Assembly (NCBI GenBank): GCA_950097015.1
Contig: CATNEN010000037.1
Location: 1,860,001 to 1,924,000 of the forward strand
DNA: 64,000 nucleotides
Origin: Macrostomum hystrix
Taxonomy: Eukaryota; Animalia; Platyhelminthes
Direction of reading: 5' to 3'
Shown: positions 12,664 through 24,105 of the stretch, piece by piece
Position numbering within the stretch: position 1 is the stretch's first letter
Layout of the letters: each line of letters begins with the position of its first letter
Translations under genes and position numbers: made by a program
The notes under the pieces: generated by a model
The model's database searches: none
Seen by the model: the letters and a program-made list of their open reading frames with translations, nothing else
Told to the model about the DNA's origin: nothing

Positions 12664-13059
12664 TATTTGTCCGGTTAACCGGACAAATAGCCGTTTGATT
12701 ATTCGTCAGGTTAACCGAGGTTGTAGGGTTTGTATAGCGCTACCACGAGAACCTCTATCATTTGTAAGATAAAATAATTAACAAGCTGCAAAAGGACAGT
12801 CATTCAGATTTGAAGTTTGTGTCTCAAATTATTTTCGTTTATCAACTAATTAAAAAAATTAAAAAACCTTTTCCAGAAATTCGGTTGTTTCAGGGACTAA
12901 CTTAGTTCAAGGGTATAGTTTGGTCTTTGTGAGGTCAAAGACTCAAGATGGCTACTAGCAGGGCAAGAGTGGTCTTTGGGAGGATCGTTGCTCCTGCTCA
13001 TTGAAAGGGGGAAATTAAGTCCTTGGGTGGTTAACCGGTTAACCGGACGAATAATCAAA
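12664..13059. mobile_element. MITE-like foldback element with GTTAAC-centred palindromes
   Basis: Perfect 26-bp palindrome at 12664-12689. 24-bp inverted repeats at 12694-12717 and 13036-13059 (1 mismatch). Confidence 0.5.
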
Positions 13060-13463
13060 TTTTTTTTATTACCATTTTTTATTAAGGTAGTCACCACAAG
13101 ACAAAAAATATTCTGAACAAATGCACACCTTAGATTCTTGTAAATGCTTCACTTCATTTATGTTGAGTCTTGCTACTGGAACCTATATGGCTTCATATTA
13201 TAAGGAGTACTTGGGGCAAGGCATGCTAATTTCCAGTATTTTTGTCAGTTCCTGGTCAGTTTGTCATTGTTTTTTTGTCCTACACTTTTGTCATCCACTT
13301 TTCAGATCAGACACTTTGTCATCCAGGATCCAGCCAATTGACAAATCTCAAAGTTAAAGTTAGGTCAGTTCATTATCCATCAATAGAAACTATAGTGTTG
13401 ACTTGATTTATTTATTGTTGCGAATGAAGATGCATATAGTATCGAAAAAAACGGTACCTGGAC

Positions 13464-13846
13464 ACTTCATCATCTTACAACTTCGTTATCCAGATGACAA
13501 TCTGTCCAATATCTCAGAGGGTAGATGACAAAGAGACAGACTTGTGGACACTGTCATTGATAAAAAATTTCATAGTTAGAACCGAACCACCCCTCCTCAC
13601 ATTGTGTTGGCACCTATCTTTCAACTCTTATAATGAAATCAGTTTTGACACCTCTTTTTGACAATTTAGAGTGTGAAGTGTGTTCACACCTCTGCCCCAC
13701 CAACCCACCCTCACTTTATTGATGACGAACTTAATAGCTTGTTATTAGTAGATAACAAACTGACCAAACTTTAAAGCGTGCCAATTGGCTGGATGACGAA
13801 GTGTCCTACCTTCCAAGTGGATGACAAAGTTGTAAGATGACGAAGT
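13464..13846. mobile_element. Second MITE-like foldback element
   Basis: 28-bp inverted repeats at 13464-13491 and 13819-13846 (3 mismatches); related ttgtcatcc/ggatgac motifs recur nearby. Confidence 0.4.
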
Positions 13847-14796
13847 TTGATATATTTCAATTTTTATTTGACATCGGAGTATATTTGACAAAGTTTTTTT
13901 CAGTGTCTAGCTTTTTGTTAGCTTCTCAAAAAGTTGTTAATTAAAATTTTCAAATTAAAATCATTCTACTCACATAGATATAGGAAAAAATATATTTAGT
14001 AGTGGCCTTTATTAGATTGAATCTCAAAAATGCATGGGCAGCCTCTTAAGTATGTTGTTGAGTGGGCAAACTTTTGATCCCAGTTGCATGGGATCTATTG
14101 GTACTCTCATAAGATGCCATCTAGGCAGGCAGGCAGGATGCCATCTACATGGACTTTCATTTGCTTCAATAATAGCAAAAATTTCCACGGCATAAGATTA
14201 TTTTATATATAAAAAGTATCAAAGTCACTATAGTATTCAAAACAACTAGCCTAGCCTTATTTAGCTAGACTAGAATGATGCTTTAGCACCCTATAAAATT
14301 ACAATATAATCTAGCCCTAATAGTAGGAAATGCCATATGATGCATCCACTATCTATCTTGTATATATATATAAGCTATGATTTATAGGGCCATAAGTTTT
14401 TGCTTTGGCTTTTGCACACTGAAAGGACGATGCAAGAGAGAATTAAGTTTTAGAGTTGGTAGTTTTATATGCCTACAAATTTTATGCTACAAAGAAGTGA
14501 TTGTATTTTTTGCTTTTTAACTTTAGTTACTTATTTACTTCAATAACTGGCTTCTAAAAGGCAAAATATTTTTTCCATTTGCAATACTTAAAAAAACGAA
14601 CCAAGATATAAATCACAGTAAAGCATTATATTATAGGAGTTGTTTAAGTATATAGTTATTCCTTGTTTAATCTATACATGTACTTAAAGATAAGCACAAA
14701 TAATTTCCTGCACTACAACAGAGGGACTCTGCAATCAAGTCAACGTCAAAAAGCAACAAGAAAGCTTATAGTCAAAGTGACCTATTTGAAAAAACA

Positions 14797-17700
14797 ATGT
14801 CCGATCGCACTGCCTATCTGTCGCGCTCCCAAGACGACGCCCAGGTGTCGTACCAATTTCAACGCCAACAATTGGACCCAATTAGCGCCTACGTTGATAA
14901 GCGCTGGGGCCCCGATACCGAGCTAGAACTACTTGGCGGTGCAGCCGATCTAACTAGCCGATTCGATCGATTTCATCTGACTGGCGCCCAGGATCGCATC
15001 TGGGAGGGCCAAGCCGCCTACCCGTGGGAGATACCCGCCTCGGCTAGTAATCATCTGAATCATAATACTAATAGTAGCGGCGCCGGCAGGCCGACTGTGT
15101 CGTCAGCCATCATTAGTTCGGATGGCGGCGGCGGCGGCTGGCCGACTGGCGGCGGACTGGACGCCGTCGGCTCCAGCGAGCACGCTGTGTCGCAGCCTAT
15201 CGAGATGGCTGGCGGTCGCGCCTCCGGCCAGCAGCACCCGATGATGATGCAGCGTCACAGCTTGGTTCAGTCGCAGGATGCCGCCCTGTCGCCAAATAGC
15301 AAGGATCTCATTGCTATGGGAATGCGCATTGTTGATCAGGTGTGTTTATTATCTAGCTGGTTGATCAGGTGTGTTTATTATCTAGCTGGTTGATCAGGTG
15401 TGTTTATTATCTAGCTGGTTGATCAGGTGTGTTTATTATCTAGCTGGTTGATCAGGTGTGTTTATTATCTAGCTGGTTGATCAGGTGTGTTTATTATCTA
15501 GCTGGTTGATCAGCTAGAATCAGCTGGGTTAGAAATTTGGAGTGTGGGCGACCTCCCAGGTTCACGGACTGAAGGGCTGTACGCAGCTTTTGGTAGCGCC
15601 GAACAATAGTTGCTTGTGACATCCCCAGACTTAAATTATAGGCTAGTATTGTTAGATTTTTTTATCAATCGGCGTTTTTAACGAGCCGGGAATCGAATTC
15701 CCTCAGGTGCTAGACAGCGGCTCGCCTGGCGTTGGCGGCGGCGGCATGCTACTAGGAGGTCTGCAGCAGCAAGACTATGGTGACTACAACGTGCTGCAGC
15801 AACAGCAGCAGCAGCTGTCTGGCCTCGACTATCGCCAGCCAGCCGAGCAGCAGCTCTACGGCGGTTCAAACTTCGCTGGCGACGCTTATCAATCCGACGA
15901 CGCTTCGCTGCTGGCCACCGGCCAATCTCCCGTGATGCTGCCGCCTCAGCTGGGCTTCAATCCCTATCTTCCTGGTGGCGGCCTTCATGACACCTTCCAG
16001 CAGCAGCAGCAGCAGATGAACAGCATGATGCCCTACGGTTATCAGTACCAGATGCTGTACCAACAACAGCAGCAGCAGCAGGCAGCTGCCGCAGCCGCCT
16101 ACAAGGCCGCATCCACTGTCAATAACAACAATGCGCCCGGCCGTCCGGGTCCCGGTCAAGATCTCAGCGGCAACTCTGTCGGCTTCGGACTATTTCCGCC
16201 AATATTTGGCAATGAAAGTAGCGGCGGCGGTTTCTATGGTAACAGCGGCGCCTCGTCTCCCCCCGCGCACTCGATGAGCGGCGGCGGCGGTGGCGCCTTT
16301 TTCGGCATGCCTTCCAATCAGCAGCATCAGCGCGGCGGTCATCACCATCACCATCATCAGCAGCAGCAGTCGAAGGATGCCTCAGCCGCTTCTGCTGCTG
16401 CCGTTAGCCGGTCTCGTCTCCTAGAGGACTTTCGTCAGAATCGGCTGCCCAATCTGAGCCTGCAGGATCTGGTTGGGCACGTGATCGAATTCGCCCAGGA
16501 CCAGCACGGCTCCAGGTTCATTCAGCAGAAGCTGGAGTCGGCCAATGCCAATGACAAGACTCTAGTTTTCACGGAGATCCTGCAGTCGGCCTATCCGCTA
16601 ATGACTGACGTGTTCGGCAATTATGTCATTCAGAAACTGTTGGAATTTGGCACCCCGGAGCAGAAACAGATTCTGGCTCAACGCCTGCGCGGCCAGGTGC
16701 TGTCTCTGGCGCTGCAGATGTATGGCTGTCGGGTGATTCAGAAGGCCTTGGAGTCAGTGCCCACCGAGGTTCAGGTGCGCCTAGGGTTATTATTCACTTT
16801 AAACAGTTAGAATCCTGTAATTCTCTGCCGTTTTCACCCCTAGAAATTCCCTAATTATTTAAAGTCTTCAATTTCCTAGATTTTTGTTCTAATAATTCAT
16901 TTTACGCTTTCAGGCTCAGAATTGAATTAATTATCAAGTCTGCGGTAGTCTTCGTAATGCATTTTGCAATATCCTATTACAAAAATGTGTTGCGAACAAA
17001 AAAAATTCGCAAGACTGTCACACCCAAAGCTACATCTATGCTGAAATAATGTCTAAAAGTAATAATTTAATTAATTCTTTACTTATATTCGTCTAAAACC
17101 CGCCCATTCAGTTCCCCATGTGTCCCTTAAAATTCTAACTAGTTAATTTTGCTAACATCAAATGACTGATATTGAATTGTAGGTGGAAATTGTTCGCGAG
17201 TTGGATGGTCACGTGTTGAAATGCGTGAAAGATCAGAACGGCAATCATGTTGTGCAGAAGTGCATTGAATGCGTGGACCCGGCTCATCTAGATTTCATCA
17301 TTCAGGCCTTCAAGGAGCAGGCGAGTTTCTAGTTTATTTCTGTATTTTATTTACTCCGTTTTGAAGGCAGTTTCTAGGACTTTGTTATCTGATAATGGGG
17401 AGGAGTCACTGGCTGCTCTGTGAAGGATCTGAAGGGAGTCACTAGCTGCTCTGTGAAGAATCTGAAGGGGGTCACTAGCTGCTCTGTGAAGGATCTGAAG
17501 GGAGTCACTGGCTGCTCTGTGAAGGATCTGAAGGGGGTCACTAGCTGCTCTGTGAAGAATCTGCAGGGGTCACTAGCTGCTCTGTGAAGGATCTGAAGGG
17601 GGTCACCAGCTGCTCTGTGAAGGATCTGAAGGGGGTCACTGGCTGCTCTGTGAAGGATCTGAAGGGGGTCACTAGCCGCTCTGTGAAGGATCTGAAGGGG

Positions 17701-19217
17701 GTCACTAGCTGATCTGTGAAGGGTCTGAAGGGGGTCACTAGCTGCTCTGTGAAGGATCTGAAGAGGGTCACTTGTCTGAAGTATTTGAACAAGTGGTGAC
17801 CTTCAATGTACATTAATAAAAAGTGACTAGCAACTCCTGACGATTATATTCAAGTACCACAGTTAAATTGATGTATAAGTTGAATTAAACATTTTTGTTG
17901 ACCTTTTTGAACTAAACTCTACTTAACCGGCACTAGGTTCTTTCGCTGTCGACGCATCCGTACGGCTGTCGTGTTATTCAGCGCATCCTGGAGCACTGCA
18001 CCTCAGAGCAGACTCAGCCAATCCTGGACGAGCTGCACCAGTATACGGAGCGCCTTGTGCAGGATCAGTACGGCAACTATGTGGTCCAGGTTAGATGCTG
18101 CTTTAGACCTGTTACCTTTCCGTTAATTCTTTGTTGGATGTGATATTGTTAATGATATGATTTACATGCATTGCTTTCCTATTCAGAATTCAAATTGCTT
18201 TCTTATCCCGCATGTACATCAACTTTTCTATCCCTCATGTACATCAACTTTTCTATCCCGCATGTACATCAACTTTTCTATCCAGCATGTAGGAGGGTGA
18301 TTGGCAGACACGTTTGCCTCTCGCACTAACGCCCCTGAGCTCGATTCCGCGATGAGGCCACATTTATTTGGGGCGCAGCTGCGGAGAGACGGCTTGGGGG
18401 CTTGTCTCGCAATTTACGCCCTCGAAGGCACAATGAGAGTGTACAGTGTCTAAAGCTGAGAAAGTCACACAGATGTGCACACCTGTGTGAGCGTGTGTCT
18501 GCGTACGGTTTCTGTGTGAGTGTGTGCTCAGGAGTCAGCGGAATGGGCAGTATTGCCTTCTCGCTGGCTGCGAGTCTAGTGTCACCAAATGAGATATGCC
18601 ATTGCCCACAGCCCTCCTGCAAATATTATTATTATCCCGCATGTACATTTATACTTTCCTTTTTCTATGTCAATTGCGTGCCTATTAGTTTTTATTAATT
18701 TATTCTTTCAACTAATCGCATCCCCCAACTCCATAATCATCTCGCACCGCAGCACGTGCTGGAGCACGGCCGCCCGGAGGACAAAGCCCGCATGATAGCC
18801 GTACTGCGCGGCAAAATCATGTCATTGTCTACTCACAAATTTGCCAGCAACGTCATTGAAAAGGTGGTCACCCATTCTAGCAGGCAGGAGCGTCAGGCCC
18901 TAGTTGCTGAGATTCTGGAAGACCCGGATCCCAACGCTCTGTACAACATGATGAAGGACCAGTTTGCCAACTATGTGGTTCAGCGCATCATCGACTCGGC
19001 CGATGCTCAGCAGCGCAAAGCGATTATGCTGCGCATCAGGCCTCACATGGCCTCACTGCGTAAGTACACCTACGGAAAGCACATTATCGGCAAGATTGAA
19101 AAGTACTTTATGAAGGCCGGCGGCGAGATTATGCAGCAGCAGAGCTCTTCGCCGTCGCATTCTTCGGCCACATCTTCGCCAGGCGAAGTTGCCGACTCTA
19201 GCATCGGAGTCAACTAG
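14797..19217 (+). CDS. pum: Pumilio (PUF family); exons 14797-15339, 15707-16774, 17183-17320, 17937-18089, 18753-19217
   Basis: The spliced product has a Q/G-rich N-terminus and a full PUM-HD (SRLLEDFR..., [80 protein letters not shown]). All junctions are phase 0 and keep the frame. Confidence 0.97.
15331..15513 (+). repeat. 29-bp tandem repeat x6 spanning the pumilio exon 1 splice donor
   Basis: gttgatcaggtgtgtttattatctagctg starts at 15331, 15360, 15389, 15418, 15447 and 15476, plus a partial unit. Confidence 0.95.
17395..17765. repeat. 33-bp minisatellite in pumilio intron 3
   Basis: ctagctgctctgtgaaggatctgaagggggtca, ~11 copies; reverse complement of the 19975-20655 array. Confidence 0.95.
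18292..18632 (+). mobile_element. tRNA-derived SINE, copy 4, apparently full length, in pumilio intron 4
   Basis: tRNA-like head with GCTCGATTCC, shared body and (ATT)n tail. Flanked by tatccagcatgta (18279-18291) and tatcccgcatgta (18633-18645), consistent with a target-site duplication. Confidence 0.8.
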
Positions 19218-19974
19218 GAATTCTGGCAAAGGGATATTTTTTAACGAAGGTTTTCTGTGCGTCTTCCCGTTTCATAAAAAAGCGAAGGGATTTTTGTGCG
19301 GGCTATTTAACTGGCCGCTGGGTCCTAGCTAAAATTTTACTTTGTCAATTGTTTTTATTGGAAGCAAGTGCCTCTGTTGTTTAGATTCGTATTTTTTATT
19401 ACATGTTTTTGATCAACCAGTAGCTTTAAGAATATTGTATTTTTAATTACAACTTTCTGGCGTTATCACCTTGAAATTATAATTTGTAAATCCGGTTATA
19501 AATAAACAATTGTCTATTATTTTTTGCCTGTTATCGGAGCCCGTTATTCTTTTCTCATCCTTTTTCCTGTCTGAGGCTATAGGATTACATTTTAATCCCC
19601 TTCCTGTCTTCTTTAAGTGGCACGTTGTTTTGGAAACTATCGCTTTCACCTTAATGTTTTGGTTGTGCTTTACCGCTAAATGTTTTATTTGTTTTTTCTG
19701 TCTTTTTCTCGGCATGTCGACTGGCTTTCATTAATTTCTAGACCTTTATAACATTGCTCTGTAAAAGTTTCCCTTTTTGTGCGCTCTGTGTGTTGCAAAA
19801 TTAGTTTAATTTTGTTTTTTTGCTAACCACTAAATTTCTTCATTATTCATTGTGTCGCTTAGTTATTCCTATTTTTTATTTCTTTTTTTCCTAAATGGAA
19901 TCGCTGATTATATATAATCATAAAAATATGAATTGAATATTCCTTCTTACTCAGAAAGCTGATTGCCACCTGCA

Positions 19975-20655
19975 CAGAGCAGCTAGTGACCCCCTTCAGA
20001 TCCTTCACAGAGCAGCTAGTGACCCCCTTCAGATCCTTCACAGAGCAGCTAGTGACCCCTGCAGATTCTTCACAGAGCAGCTAGTGACCCCTGCAGATTC
20101 TTCACAGAGCAGCTAGTGACCCCCTTCAGATCCTTCACAGAGCAGCTAGTGACCCCCTTCAGATTCTTCACAGAGCAGCTAGTGACTCCCTTCAGATCCT
20201 TCACAGAGCAGCTAGTGACCCCTGCAGATTCTTCACAGAGCAGCTAGTGACCCCTTTCAGATCCTTCACAGAGCAGCTAGTGACCCCCTTCAGATCCTTC
20301 ACAGAGCAGCTAGTGACCCCTGCAGATTCTTCACAGAGCAGCTAGTGACCCCTGCAGATTCTTCACAGAGCAGCTAGTGACCCCCTTCAGATCCTTCACA
20401 GAGCAGCTAGTGACCCCCTTCAGATTCTTCACAGAGCAGCTAGTGACTCCCTTCAGATCCTTCACAGAGCAGCTAGTGACCCCCTTCAGATTCTTCACAG
20501 AGCAGCTAGTGACCCCTTTCAGATCCTTCACAGAGCAGCTAGTGACCCCCTTCAGATCCTTCACAGAGCAGCTAGTGACCCCCTTCAGATTCTTCACAGA
20601 GCAGCTAGTGACCCCATTCAGATTCTTCACAGAGCAGCTAGTGACTCCCTTCACA
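19975..20655. repeat. 33-bp minisatellite in the putative pumilio 3' UTR
   Basis: cagagcagctagtgacccccttcagatccttca, ~20 copies; inverted relative to the intron 3 array. Confidence 0.95.
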
Positions 20656-20973
20656 GCGCCTTAAAGTGTAAGCTAATACCCTCCTGATTGTAAAAGTAGT
20701 ATAATAGACATTTTTCTAGCTTATATATTGCTTCTCACGTTTTGTCCTTTTTTGTAGTCATTGTTTCAACCGTAAAATTTTTTGGATCTGCTTGATAATA
20801 ACTATCCTGATTATTCACTAGTTGTGCGCGCCTTTAGTTTTTTTTCAGCTCATTATTTGTGCATTGTATATCTACTACATTACCAACTATCTGTGTATAT
20901 CTTATGCAATGATTCTTACCACTAACCCAAGTGTGTTATTTAGCAGTGTTCTACCCGGATCGATAGTTTATTG

Positions 20974-20981
20974 TGTACATA
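20974..20981 (+). promoter_or_regulatory. Pumilio response element (UGUACAUA)
   Basis: Exact UGUANAUA match downstream of the pumilio stop, on the sense strand. Confidence 0.5.
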
Positions 20982-21245
20982 CTAGTATATAATATTATCT
21001 TACGTACTCATAATACCATAATTCATTACTAACCAATTTGATATTTCTTCAACAAATAGTAAAGCACACGAAACGTTAAATGGTTTTACACTCGTATATT
21101 TATGACTGCAATTGGTAATATTCACAGAAATAGTAGGAAAGTTATAATCAGGAGAAAAACATGTCGACTTCATACTTCCAACTTTAAGCCTTCTGTTAAT
21201 ATTGCTTCATTTTTCTATTTTTTTCATTTACAAAATTGTATGGTG

Positions 21246-21253
21246 TGTACATA
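21246..21253 (+). promoter_or_regulatory. Pumilio response element (UGUACAUA)
   Basis: Exact UGUANAUA match ~65 nt upstream of the candidate poly(A) signal. Confidence 0.5.
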
Positions 21254-21317
21254 TGCTCACATGTTTATATCCGTATGATATGAATGTGGCATGAAGGATT
21301 TGACCATCTTTGTGTAA

Positions 21318-21323
21318 AATAAA
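21318..21323 (+). terminator. Candidate pumilio polyadenylation signal
   Basis: AATAAA followed by a GU/U-rich downstream element (ccgtgttttcttgtcgttattt). Confidence 0.45.
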
Positions 21324-22477
21324 ATTCAGACCGTGTTTTCTTGTCGTTATTTGCGCCGCCTTTTTATACAGTAGGAATTGAGGATATTGGCAAACTCTGC
21401 GCTATAAATTGTTGCACGAAATGCCATACTCCTACTGTAAGTAGTCTGATTGCGCATGTAAATCTGTTTTTTTGTCATAGTAACAAAACCTTCGAACCTT
21501 GATAAATATTTTGAAAAAAGTTCAGTCTGTCTCTGATTATGTTATAAATTCTAGTATCATTTTTACCTTCCCACTGTACAGTAGGGGTCGGCAAATTTAT
21601 TTACCTGGCTGGCCAAATGGAATCCATTAAACAACAGTTGGCCGGTTTGAGACTAATGAGACAGATGAGACTAAGGAAAGATAAGACACGGCAGAGATAA
21701 GACAGGTAAAAGGTGAGATATGGATATATGGGACAAAGGGATGTTGTAAGCGGGGGGGGGGTTCGCAGGTGTTAATTTGCCGCCCTGTTGTAAAGTCAGT
21801 AGGACATTAGCCGTTTAAGCGTGCGTCATTTGGTTTTTTATGTGTGTAGAATCATTAGCTAGGCCGGGTTTGTTTTCTGTCATACTTAATGCGACTTAGC
21901 GCCTTCCATCTTTTTGGCTAATCTATGCTAGGCCAGTTTGGTCTGTTGATTACGCTGTAAATGAAACTGTCTAGAAAGTTTATTGCCAGTGTCAGTCGTG
22001 TAAATTCCTAAGCCTATGTACAATTCAATGTAAAATTTGTTACTTGTTATGTTTACCTATAAAGAACGCCATTTGTAGAGAGGAGACAAGTGTGTTGTTG
22101 ATGCTGTTGTTTTGTTGTTGAAGATCTTTTTACTTGGCGCCGAATTTGTAAAACCGATTACTAATTAGATGCCATTTTAGTGGCGCTTGATCTAAAATTC
22201 GTTTGAGATCGATGTACAACTTTCATTATTATTTAACTATAAATATATACATATAAATTAATGTTATGCTTGTTTGTTATTGAGGTCAGCTTTTTCAACA
22301 GAGAAAGGATTTGGTTTGTTGAGTAAAATAAAATGACGTGTCACCAGTATGATTCTGAGATAACCAACTGTGTGCCCTGGCACTTTTGTGGAAGAATAAA
22401 CTTGTGACTTTTGGTTTCAATTCCAGTTTGTTCCAATTTTTGAGATCTTCAAGCTACTTATTACGCCCGTATAAGCA

Positions 22478-24105
22478 TAGTGGGATCTTCTAGTTACTTA
22501 TCCCAACAGTAAATGGGATTAGTGGGATCTTCTAGTTACTTATCCCAACAGTAAATGGGATTAGTGGGATCTTCTAGTTACTTATCCCAACAGTAAATGG
22601 GATTAGTGGGATCCTCTAGTTACTTATCCCAACAGTAAATGGGATTAGTGGGATCCTCTAGTTACTTATCCCAACAGTAGATGGGATTAGTGGGATCTTC
22701 TAGTTACTTATCCCAACAGTAAATGGGATTTGTGGGATCCTCTAGTTACTTATCCCAACAGTAAATGGGATTAGTGGGATCCTCTAGTTACTTATCCCAA
22801 CAGTAGATGGGATTTGTGGGATCTTCTAGTTACTTATCCCAACAGTAAATGGGATTAGTGGGATCCTCTAGTTACTTATCCCAACAGTAGATGGGATTAG
22901 TGGGATCCTCTAGTTACTTATCCCAACAGTAAATGGGATTAGTGGGATCCTCTAGTTACTTATCCCAACAGTAAATGGGATTAGTGGGATCCTCTAGTTA
23001 CTTATCCCAACAGTAAATGGGATTAGTGGGATCCTCTAGTTACTTATCCCAACAGTAAATGGGATTAGTGGGATCCTCTAGTTACTTATCCCAACAGTAA
23101 ATGGGATTAGTGGGATCCTCTAGTTACTTATCCCAACAGTAAATGGGATTTGTGGGATCCTCTAGTTACTTATCCCAACAGTAGATGGGATTTGTGGGAT
23201 CCTCTAGTTACTTATCCCAACAGTAAATGGGATTAGTGGGATCCTCTAGTTACTTATCCCAACAGTAAATGGGATTAGTGGGATCCTCTAGTTACTTATC
23301 CCAACAGTAAATGGGATTAGTGGGATCCTCTAGTTACTTATCCCAACAGTAAATGGGATTAGTGGGATCCTCTAGTTACTTATCCCAACAGTAAATGGGA
23401 TTAGTGGGATCCTCTAGTTACTTATCCCAACAGTAAATGGGATTAGTGGGATCCTCTAGTTACTTATCCCAACAGTAGATGGGATTTGTGGGATCTTCTA
23501 GTTACTTATCCCAACAGTAGATGGGATTAGTGGGATCTTCTAGTTACTTATCCCAACAGTAGATGGGATTAGTGGGATCTTCTAGTTACTTATCCCAACA
23601 GTAAATGGGATTAGTGGGATGCTCTAGTTACTTATCCCAACAGTAAATGGGATTAGTGGGATCCTCTAGTTACTTATCCCAACAGTAGATGGGATTAGTG
23701 GGATCCTCTAGTTACTTATCCCAACAGTAAATGGGATTAGTGGGATCTTCTAGTTACTTATCCCAACAGTAAATGGGATTAGTGGGATCCTCTAGTTACT
23801 TATCCCAACAGTAAATGGGATTAGTGGGATCCTCTAGTTACTTATCCCAACAGTAAATGGGATTTGTGGGATCTTCTAGTTACTTATCCCAACAGTAAAT
23901 GGGATTAGTGGGATCCTCTAGTTACTTATCCCAACAGTAAATGGGATTAGTGGGATCTTCTAGTTACTTATCCCAACAGTAAATGGGATTAGTGGGATCC
24001 TCTAGTTACTTATCCCAACAGTAAATGGGATTAGTGGGATCCTCTAGTTACTTATCCCAACAGTAAATGGGATTAGTGGGATCTTCTAGTTACTTGTCCC
24101 AAAAT
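22478..24105. repeat. 42-bp minisatellite (gtgggatcctctagttacttatcccaacagtaaatgggatta)
   Basis: About 38 near-identical head-to-tail units with no spacers. Confidence 0.95.

Noticed and set aside
21590-21625. hAT-like terminal repeat (taggggtcggcaaa)
   Set aside because: A single short end with no matching opposite terminus or transposase found.
22478-24105. CRISPR-like array (42-bp, partly palindromic repeat)
   Set aside because: Units are head-to-tail with no unique spacers, there are no cas genes, and the context is eukaryotic.
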